A stretch of DNA of 64,000 nucleotides from Auanema rhodensis. Its lineage: Eukaryota > Animalia > Nematoda. Below, in pieces: positions 53,777-64,000 of the stretch; position 1 is the first letter of the stretch, and each line of letters opens with the position of its first letter. The translations under genes were made by a program, and so were the position numbers. The DNA lies in NCBI GenBank assembly GCA_964057225.1, contig OZ059896.1, forward strand, positions 16,554,001-16,618,000, written 5' to 3'. Under the pieces are notes generated by a model. The model did no database searches, was not told where the DNA came from, and saw nothing but the letters and a program-made list of their open reading frames with translations.

Positions 53777-56700
53777 GGCGACAACCTTATATGGCCGCAA
53801 GCGTGTGATCTATCTGCGGCAGATCTGAAATAATTAAACAATTAATTTTTAAGTTTTCAATTCAATACTGTAATTGACGAAATAAAGCAAACCAAAGTTT
53901 TAAAGGTTTAGAAGGTTCTAGATCAAGAAAAAAGTCGTTTACAGCTTAAGGTATGCAAGCTTGTTCAGGTTTTCATATGCATTGTACCAAAAACTTTTTC
54001 GAAATTTTCTTCAAAAAAAAAGCTTGTCAGGTTAAACAAAAAAAATTTGTTTTCATGATTCAGTAGGTCAGATAATGAATTAACTTCCATGTCTTTTATT
54101 AATTTTAAAAAAATAATTAAAGGAAAACGGTACAGTTAATTTTTCTTTTTCTATTCATAACTGAAACAAACAGGTTTTGAGATGACTGTCACTGAAACGA
54201 TCACAAAACTGCTCGAATGTGAAGAAAAAAATAAATAATTTTTCGAATTGTAAGAAGATGATATCATTATAAGAGATAAGAATGATAAATCATTTATAGA
54301 ATTTGAAAGATATTTATAGAAAGATGTTCGTAAACTGACTACTTTAGCTAAAAATAAAATATTTGGGTAGGAAAACAAACTTTGTTGTTTTAAAAATTAC
54401 TGCAAACGGGTACTTCCGAAAGATTTGTTTCAAATCTTTCAAAAATACAAGTAAATCTTATTAGTTACAAGCGAAATAAAGACTATCGGTGTCTAATACG
54501 TAGGTCAAGTACATTCCCTTTGTGAGGTTGAGCAGGAAAAAAAAGAGAAAAACGACAAGTTGCACTAAGATAGATAAACAAGTGTGTTTCTAAAATTCTT
54601 TTTTCTTATAATTATGCACCATAACAAAATAAAAATTATAAATAACTGAATAGTTAAGCTAGAAACGAGTATAGGTAAAGTGTTTCAACATCATTTGACT
54701 GACGGTAGACAGTAGGTCCTATTGAGGAGGGTCAGCCAGCTGTATACCTAGGCTCGGTCCGCTTGTGGTCTCGAGACTTGAGCCTCATCGTGGTATGGGA
54801 GTCCCCTTTCTCTTCTTACCTCTTTCTCCCTCTTTTTCTCATTATCTCTTTTCTCTTCATTGCTGTGTACTCTCACACGCAGGGGAGGCTGAGGGGAGTG
54901 TTTAGGAGTTGGCTCTCTCTCTTGCTCTGTTGTAGTGGCTAGCTCTGACCACTACCATCTTCGGTTCAGCAGCAGACTGAGTTGAACGAGAGAGTACAGC
55001 AGCCGTCGTCGTTCAGTCGGAGAGAACAAACATTGCATATACCTAATATAATCAAACAAATATACATACCAGCCACCCTTAAACCTTTTTACCTTCTAGT
55101 TTGTCACTACAATTTCTCTAGATCTCTCATCCTCTCTCTATCCTTCTCTCTCAATTACCTCCCTCACTTGTTTTCAGTCAGCAACGCTGAGGCATCAGTG
55201 GTTAGTTTTAGACGGTAAAATAAGAAGAAAGAAGAAGAATAGAGAAGAATAGAAAAGCTATAGGTTTAGACATTAGAGAGCTTTTCAACGTATGGATAAC
55301 TTGTATGAGGACCGAGAAGATAGGAGAACGTACTTCTCTTCAACGAACACTGTCGTCGTCATGTTCCCTAGAGGCATTTGCGCAAGCTTGAAAGGATGCA
55401 CATCAAAGTACAGTAATAGCATTCTTGAGCATTTCTCAATCTCAATGGCATACTAGTCTTCAGTTTTCTCTATAATTCCTGTATAGCTTATCGCAAGTAA
55501 TGCGATGACGTCATGACCATTGGTATAGTTCGAAGTTGGAGAACAAGTTTCTTCTCGGCTGGCTGATTGAATAACTGAAAAAACTCGTGACAACGAAAAC
55601 ATCTAATTTCCTTTAGCGACATATGATGCTGATGACGCTGACCGTTCATGTACAATCAAATAGTTCACATTTGATTATCCAGGAAAGGGTCAGAAGCGCG
55701 AAAATCATCTGAAACTGTCCATCGTGACTTGCTCATAAGCCTTTTTCTTTCATTTATGTCTCCGCTCATGATACATTTGAGACTTTCGGGTGAAAAAATA
55801 GTCTTTTATCTCATTTCTTCATTCAGAACATTTTCTACGTTTTGTGCTTTCTCAACGTTCTGCTTACTTTATTTTAATTTTATACTACAATACTGATATG
55901 CAATGTTATTGCATATGTTTGAAGGATAGAGTAAAAGCATAAGATCCATATCCAGAGAAAGAGGTATGAAGCAGGTGAAGGAAAAGGAAAGAGAGATATA
56001 TATAGAGAGAGAAAGAGGCATTATCTTAACGTTTTTCATTCATTTCATATGAAATAACAAAGAATATTTGAAACTGTCAACTGATACATTCCCGTTCATT
56101 ACATTAGATTCTATCCGTTCGATCCATATGTACAGACTGAAACATGATCTGTAACCTGACGTCTAGGTAGATGAAGGGATGGAGGCAATGCTGGTAGATT
56201 GACAAGAAAAGAGACAATGAGGTTATAAGAGAGAGGGTTGAGTGAAACATCAGCATATGAGGGAGCCCAAACAGAAGGCCATAACTAGAATTCGAAACAA
56301 TATTTAGGTAAAGATTCCGCTTTCCACTTCTTTCAAAACATAGAATATCTATGCCAATGTACTATAAGATTTTAACCAATTTTACTTCGCTTTCAAAGTT
56401 AAGTATAATCGATTTGAATTTATTTTATCATTTATAGAAGAACATTGAAATAATTTATATAAAGATTTCTTAATGAGAAGAAAAATGACAAAAAAAAAGG
56501 ATAAAATAGAAAAGAAACGAAAAAAACTAAAAAAGAAAGAAAGAAGACTTATATTCTTTTGTTTTTCAATCAGTTCTTGACCGAAGTCTGGAGAAGCATA
56601 AAGAATACAGAGAAAGTGTGGGGTGATTTTATGAAGATGCTACCTACTTCTTTTCCCTCTTTCTTTCTTTTTTTCTTATTTCTCTCTCTCTCTTGCTTTT

Positions 56701-59400
56701 TCTCTCTTGCTCTCTCTCTTGCTCTCTCTCTTGCTCTCTCTCTTTCTTACTCTTCTTCTGCTTGAGCGGTAATCAAAGCGGCTTCTTCAATAATCACGTC
56801 AACACGACAGATCTCCTTGTCCGTTGTCGATGCTGTCTTCTCATCTCCTTCCCCTTAGATGTAGCGTGGCTTCTTGTAGTTCTGTCCTACCTCATTATCA
56901 TCAACAACATCAGTCACTGCTTTTCGCTGTACTTCTGAGCTTAAAGCTTCACCTGTTTGTTTGTTTTTCGTTGACCACATCAACTTAACTATGCTTCATC
57001 AAAGCTTACATCAATGGACTACATACATAGAAACATTTATTCATCAAATAACATTAGTCATATCACTAATAAAATTGGCAAATAATATACATTAATCAAG
57101 AATAATACCAAGCTTTACTAGAACTTTATGCTTCTGCTCCTACTACTGATTCTGTATCTACTTTTTCCGTGAATATTTCTATTACTCTTTTTCTTTCTAC
57201 CATACCACCTTTGCTAAAATATACAATATAACCGCCTGTAACCCCTTTCGGGGCCTATGCCCCTTATTGGTTAGCTATTCAGCAACATGTCCTTGGAACT
57301 ACTTCTTCAAACATATATAATAGCTTAAGAACATAGAAAGCCGTTGTACATATGGCCGAATTTATCGTCAGTTTCATCTGCCGAGAGTTTAAAAAGAATT
57401 TTGTCGATTTTTCAATTTTTTGTTTTACAAGTGAAATAGGAAGTGAATGAATCAAAATACATACAGAGACACACATGCAATCATCGAGATTCTAAATTGA
57501 TATGAAAGAACAAAGATGTTTTAAGTACTGATAGAAGTCATGACTGTCTTCTTTCTGATCTTACCATCTTACATCGTCATAACTTTCTGAAGTTTCATTT
57601 CTGATTGTGATTAAGAGGGGCCACAACCAAAGTTAAAACTTTTACAAAGATTTTTACTTTGAAATTGGAGATAATATTAAAGATTTGGCTCAGCGATCCG
57701 TTTTTTAAAAGTTTGTTTAAAAAACTTGGAATCATTTTTTTTTCTGAAATACTGCTGTATTGAAACTTTGTATGATAATTTTTGGAATGCTAATTTCAAT
57801 TTGGTCATCTCTGTTTGCATATGGTTGTAGGAACAACCTGAAAGCATAACAAGCATGCACAGGTCGTGATGTTTCGGCCCCTCTCTCAGCGTTCTTCTCT
57901 CTCTATCTCTCTCTACGAAATCTTCTTCGACAACACAACACTGAAATTGAAATAGCGAAAAATAGGGAAATGGGAAGGTATATACATAGTTTATGAAAAC
58001 CACGAGGATATATTCAACCGGTCACTGATTTGCATTACACGAAATGGGTCACATACACGGCAATTGCAACATCACGTGAATTTATTTACGTGAGAAATAT
58101 AGAGAGCTATCATCTAAAAATTTGGTAAATATAAAAGAAAAAACAAAATCATTTTCGCATAAAAGCTAATTTTTTAGGTAAATCAAGTTCTTTTTTGATT
58201 TTCAACTGTACATTTGGCGAAAAAAAATTGTACTCTCAACTGCTGAAAATGCTCAATAATTTCGTTGTTTTTCTACTGTATCTCACAGGCAGACATGCAT
58301 ATGCCGTACAAAACTTGACGTCACTCTTTATTTTACACCCAAATACACGAGTGGCATCTTTGCCAAACACTAGAAATTATGAATACAGCTTACTGGTTGG
58401 AGAAAAAGCAAAATTATAGTTGGAATCAACAACTATTATTCATCAAAATAAGAAAATAAGATGGTGGCTGAGACATGTATGTATGTTTATGTAAAGCTGA
58501 TGGTATGTCAAGCTTTAAAATGTTGCAAATTCAAAAAGCGATGAGAGGCTTGACGACTACTGCGCAAAATGCAAAATGATAAGTTTCATGATTCATCGAG
58601 CTCTGATGGAGTGAAAAGGTTTTCATTCGAAACTGTATTGTGTACTGTATCATGATAAATGACATGATTAACTGCAAATATTTAAAAATGGCAAAGCCAC
58701 TTCGCTGAATTTAACATTCAAAGAACTTTTCCTTTTAATAATTTTTAAAATTTAGAGAGAGGGAAGTAGAGAGAGATAACGAGAAAAAGAGTATTAAAAC
58801 TTCAAGACAAGTTGGCATGTCAGGCTTTTGCATTGTTTCCTGTTCACCTGGTGATTCATAGAATAAAAATTTAATAATTTGCCAAATACAGACTAATTAT
58901 GGTTATTCGAATTGAAAAAATAATTTGAGTAATTAGGAAACATAAAAATCTAGACAACAGACTCCTGTTTGGTTAATTTCAACATTTCTCTTCATATTTC
59001 CTCTACCTCTCTCCCTCTATCTTTCTCTCTCAAAATGTTACTACAGAACAAAAATTCAATAAGTTCCTTTCGCTTAACAATAATAAGATCAAAAAGGCTA
59101 TTTCATTGATGTTTCTCAAACTCACGTCATTTGAACTATTATCTTCATTTTTGGCCATTACCTAGAACCGCCCATCATGTCAACGTCGTCAAAGCCTTGT
59201 TCGACCATATGAAAAAAAAATTACGCTGATGAAAGTTTATAGATGCAGTTATATCATATAAAATTGAAGAGGGTATAGAAGAAAAAACTAGATGACAGTT
59301 GTCTTATTGGACAACGTGCTCATCATTGTGTCGTTTTCATGTGTCTATCTACATTGTAATATTCGTTCAAGTTCAATAAAGGGGTGGTACCTTAGCAATC

Positions 59401-59430
59401 CTATATAAGGATTGAATTGTGCTATTTCAG
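59401..59430 (+). promoter_or_regulatory. Candidate TATA box (TATATAA) and TTTCAG acceptor-like site upstream of the caenacin-like gene
   Basis: CTATATAAGG at 59401-59410, about 60 bp before the ATG at 59468; TTTCAG ends at 59430. Confidence 0.45.
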
Positions 59431-59467
59431 ACATCAAAACTTCGAGTTTTAATTCATATTCATCAAC

Positions 59468-59802
59468 ATGTTCAAGAGCGTCTTGTCTGTTCTTCTTCTT
59501 TTGGCTGTTACCTTCTGCGTAATTGACTATACCGAAGCTCAATGTAAGTTATAACTTTATATTTTAAAACTATTAATTTTAAAATTTCTTATCTACATAT
59601 GTACTCACTAACTAATATCTTATAAGACATTTACTTTATTTTAATATTTATAGGGGGATGGGGAGGAGGATATGGAGGATATGGAGGATACCACCCATAC
59701 GGAATGCACGGACCATTCGGACCATACGGATACAGACGTATGATGATGCGCCAGATGATGTACGGAGGCATGTACCACCCATATGGAATGTATGGAAAGT
59801 AA
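59468..59802 (+). CDS. Secreted Gly/Tyr-rich caenacin/NLP-29-like peptide precursor, 74 aa, 2 exons (59468-59543, 59654-59802)
   Basis: MFKSVLSVLLLLAVTFCVIDYTEA|QWGWGGGYGGYGGYHPYGMHGPFGPYGYRRMMMRQMMYGGMYHPYGMYGK*. Signal peptide, mature N-terminal QWG, YGGY repeats and C-terminal GK amidation signal. Phase-1 GTAAGT..TAG intron. Absent from the ORF track. Confidence 0.9.
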
Positions 59803-60674
59803 ATTACATATAAAGCTGACGACATCATCATCTCGATGATTCTTCTAACTCTTCTGACCCAGACAGTAGATATCTATTCGATAATATTTCTGTCTTAGCT
59901 TTTACATTCTCAATGTACAGTCATATTCTACTTAGATTGTGCTTCTTCTAATATTTCAAATGGAAATATTGAAAAGAAAAACAATGTTTTTTAATATTTT
60001 GTGAATAATAAATTTTATTTTGCAACAATGTGTTCTTATGATTTTTTTGAATATGAATTTATAAATGACTTTTCACAATTAACATGTTTAAGTTTTAAGC
60101 ATATGCTACTAAGTCAACAAAACTTTTCTTGTCTAATTATTCATTTAATACAGAACATGATTGTTTTTCACTTATACATATATACATATATGCTTTCAAT
60201 AGTTTAAATCTTATTTCTTTTATCTTTTTTTTCATAATTTAATCTAATAATATGCTTGAATTCAATTTATTTCTGAGCACTATATGGATGATGCTTTCAT
60301 GACCTTTTTCTTTTCTCATGGCCATTAATGCATGATTTTGGAGGTCATTACGCTTTAATTCTAGATTAGTATACACCCTCAGGTGTAAAAACGATGAAAT
60401 AAGGTATTTTTCACTTTCCACTTCTCAAACACAATGATCAGAATATTCTGAACAACTCTTTTGGAGTGGATGCTAGTCATGCAGCATGATGATGAATAGA
60501 AAAACCTTAAAAGGCTATTAACTAATTCTTTCTTATCTTTAATATAAACTTGAAACTTAAAATATAACAAAGGAAATGAATTTTCTATTTGAACATCTGA
60601 GATCGTATGTAGTTTGATATCTGATGAACTTTTACTATATTTATAGTTTTTTATAAATTAGTATATAAAGACAA

Positions 60675-61905
60675 GAAATATGATTTAAATATATTCAAGA
60701 TTTCTTTTATATTTTATTTTTGTAAACTTGGACGATATAATCTGAATAGAATTGTCAAAAGTCTGAAACTGGTTAGCTTGTATTATTATATTATATAGTA
60801 TTATCTAAGCTTATGAACCAGGAAATTGAATAATGTATAAAGTTTCTTTCAGAACTATCTTTTACTATTTTCTTTTTTTTGCTTTTTTTCTAAACAAATA
60901 TATTATATAAACATTATATTTTAAATAAAATATATAAATAGAATTAATATAATGAAAATATCATTTAATTTAATTATAATATTAATTTATAAAATATTAT
61001 TATAATTTTTTAATTAATAGATTATAATAATAATAATAATAATTAAAATTGTCTATATAATATTGTTTAAATATTATAACATATAATATTATTAATATAT
61101 AATATATACTTCATGATTTGTATACTATAATATAGATAATAAAACTAATTTTAAATAAAAAACTTAAATATTGTCTTAAATTTATAAATTTTTTTAATTT
61201 CTTAATCATTCAGCATTTAGAAATCAAATGCATGTTTTAAAATATTTTAAATGATTAAAAATATTCCAACAGATTCTTGAGGAAAAAGAAAAATAATATG
61301 GCTGAATTCTTGATGAAACTCATAAAACTCAATTTTTATAGTTTGTTTGAGAAGATGTAAGGGATTCTAGTAGGCGTCCGAGCTTTTAAAATAAAAAAAA
61401 ATAAAAAAATATTTAAGTTTTTTATTTAAAATTAGTTTTATTATCTATATTATAGTATACAAATCATGAAGTATATATTATATATTAATAATATTATATG
61501 TTATAATATTTAAACAATATTATATAGACAATTTTAATTATTATTATTATTATTATAATCTATTAATTAAAAAATTATAATAATATTTTATAAATTAATA
61601 TTATAATTAAATTAAATGATATTTTCATTATATTAATTCTATTTATATATTTTATTTAAAATATAATGTTTATATAATATATTTGTTTAGAAAAAAAGCA
61701 AAAAAAAGAAAATAGTAAAAGATAGTTCTGAAAGAAACTTTATACATTATTCAATTTCCTGGTTCATAAGCTTAGATAATACTATATAATATAATAATAC
61801 AAGCTAACCAGTTTCAGACTTTTGACAATTCTATTCAGATTATATCGTCCAAGTTTACAAAAATAAAATATAAAAGAAATCTTGAATATATTTAAATCAT
61901 ATTTC
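60675..61905. mobile_element. Large inverted repeat / foldback (Mutator-like or MITE-like): 498-bp arms 60675-61172 and 61408-61905, 235-bp spacer
   Basis: The arms read as reverse complements with no mismatch that I could find, and have equal length. Termini are G...C. The flanks AAAGACAA (60667-60674) and AAAGTACAA (61906-61914) resemble an 8-9-bp TSD with one indel. The repeat is read directly; the transposon interpretation is inference. Confidence 0.75.
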
Positions 61906-62294
61906 AAAGTACAAAATGCAACCGATTCCATATATGGATTAGTATGAAGGATGAAGTTAGTGGTTTGGATCAATATCAAGCTTCATCAGTCAATAATTAT
62001 ATAATTTTTTATTTCTTATAGTACAAATAGTAATTACAATCATGCAATTGTTACAAATATAAAATAAAATAAATGAAAAAATTTTCTTTTTTGAAGAAAA
62101 AAAGGTTTAATTGAAAGTGAGTCGTGGTTGTACCCGATTAGTTTCGTTTGGAAAAACATAAGTAAGTTGGCACGCAGAATATAAATATCTAGTTAGGTTG
62201 ATGTATATAGTTGCATAAAGATGAAGCTGATGCTGCTAATGCTTATGTTCATGTAGCAGCTACTGGTAGTAATCATGATGTTTCTTGTGCGGTT

Positions 62295-63316
62295 CTATAC
62301 ATCTGAGATCAGAATTTCGATGAATACGAGAAAGAAGATGATGATTGGAATAAAAAATGGTATAATCATGATTTTTTTCGTGTTCGTACTTCCGTTACAA
62401 TAGTGTCGATCACTACAACAGCACAGTCGTCCTTTGAGTCCAGTTAATTCAGTTTCAACACAAGTATTACGAATAGCCTAAACAATAAACGTTATGAGAC
62501 ACCAAGTAACAGCATCAGAGATTTTAATACAAAACGATTCAAGACAGGTCAGACACAACATTGAATAATTGGCTTTTACAATGAAACTTTTCCCTTCTTT
62601 TTCTTTTTTTTTTCTTTCCAAATGATTGGATAGGAGTAGAAGTACAGTCCCTAAGCAGCAGCCTTTTATGTACAAGAGAAAGAGAAAAATAGAATAACAA
62701 TTTCTTTTGATTATGAAAATGAATATAAAAGTTTGAAATGCTATTTCATGCAAACTGGTCAGGTTTATAATCAAAAACAAGTAAATGAAAACGAAAAATA
62801 GAACTTGGTTTATAAACCAATTAAAACGCTTTTCCATCTTTGAAAGATGAAAAAAAATTGCGACAACAAATGTTTCACACTCGATACAGAAAAAACAAGG
62901 AAAAGGAGAGAGGGAGAGAGAGAGAGAGAAAGAGAAAATGAGCAAGTAGGGAAAGTTGGTTGGATGCTCGTTGGAATGATACCAAGAGCGCTGTAGAGCT
63001 TAACAAAAACACAATGAATGGTATTGGGCCAACTTACGTTGCAAATTAAATTGGAACATCCCATTGACATTACTTCATTAATAGCTGATTCTTCATAGAA
63101 TCTATAGCAATATGCTTCACCCATACCGAAAATTGGCTCACAGTCTTCTGTAGCAGAACAGAAAAATTTTTGTTGAGAAACTAATTTATGCATCAAGGCA
63201 CTACCTGTATCCTGATACGCATCTTGACCAACTATGTATTTGAGACCTTTATAACAACGAATTTTCTGACTTAAAACAGCATTAACAATGAAAAGTGAGC
63301 AGACAATCAGCCGCAT
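62295..63316 (-). CDS. Ly6/uPAR three-finger (ET-module-like) protein, probably GPI-anchored, 134 aa, 3 exons (63316-63205, 63147-63038, 62477-62295)
   Basis: Signal peptide MRLIVCSLFIVNAVLS. Mature domain IRCYKG..EDC..YCY..GCS..ICN..TC..LCCCSDRHYCN with 10 Cys. Followed by GS and a hydrophobic C-terminal tail IMIIPFFIPIIIFFLVFIEILISDV*. GT-AG introns in frame. TTGCAG lies immediately before the ATG (trans-splice-like). Confidence 0.85.
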
Positions 63317-64000
63317 CTGCAATATGATCGAAATATTTTAAAGATTTTGCTGCAAAATGATGTGTAAAACGAGGCAATAAACGACAGAACGATGTAAACA
63401 GTAACGGCGATGATGACTGATGTGGCCAAAAGGATAGGGAAAAGCATACGAATTGGCTGAGACTTATAAAGAATAGTTCAATCTTCGATCATCATGATAA
63501 CAACGATGAGAATAAATAAAAAACTTTTAGTAAGCTATAGTTAGCGAATTCCAATCAAAAAATTTGGCAAACACTCTGAATATTACATAATATGGAAATA
63601 AATATAATATACAAATTAGAAAGACACGCAAAGCAAAACTTAACAAGAATAATAATAATTAACAATATTTCATGAAAATAACTCATATATAGAAATAAAA
63701 ATGGATTCATTACGATTATAAAAAAAGAAATTATAAGTATGACTTGCAAAATATTATAAAAACATTGAAATATGGGCAGGACATATAAGGTCGTTGACAA
63801 CATAGCAACACCTCGAGGTCATGAATCGATTTAAAAATTCTTTTATAAACTATTACGATGAATATTACATAAGAACTGTAGAAATAACAAAGGCTGATAT
63901 ATCTATGTGATATCAATAAACTGAAAAAAAACTATTTCTAAGGTATTATTACTTGTCTAGTATATACAATGTGAAGAAAGAGACACATATATAAAGAAAT

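Noticed and set aside
59631-59831. Minus-strand Pro/Tyr-rich ORF
   Set aside because: Antisense shadow of the caenacin-like exon 2.
63555-63916. Hydrophobic minus-strand ORFs at the window end
   Set aside because: AT-rich compositional ORFs; I could not build a consistent spliced model, though a gene continuing beyond the window cannot be excluded.
1-64000. tRNA, rRNA, CRISPR arrays or prokaryotic operon-type systems
   Set aside because: No cloverleaf or A/B-box pattern, rRNA-like block or regularly spaced repeat-spacer array was seen; gene structure is clearly spliceosomal eukaryotic.

Overview
AT-rich eukaryotic genomic DNA, almost certainly from a nematode: TTTCAG-type splice acceptors, many short introns, an Srx-type chemoreceptor and a caenacin/NLP-like peptide gene. 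The ORF track is mostly spurious, so I rebuilt genes by hand from GT-AG boundaries. Five intron-containing genes are supported: (1) an Srx-class 7TM chemoreceptor (895-3157, -); (2) dystroglycan, dgn-1-like (38447-43968, +); (3) a convergent Mesh/SUSD2-like NIDO-AMOP-VWD-Sushi membrane protein (46634-53776, -); (4) a secreted Gly/Tyr-rich caenacin/NLP-29-like peptide (59468-59802, +); (5) a 10-Cys Ly6/three-finger-type protein, probably GPI-anchored (62295-63316, -). About 35 kb (3.2-38.4 kb) has no recognisable gene. It is CT-skewed on +, rich in (CT)n microsatellites and dotted with GC-richer islands that share short motifs. The clearest non-genic structures are a 1231-bp foldback with 498-bp apparently perfect arms (60675-61905) and a ~250-bp MITE/Helentron-like element (4118-4373). 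I found no tRNA, rRNA, CRISPR or clearly novel multi-gene system; the findings below are candidates, not established novelties.
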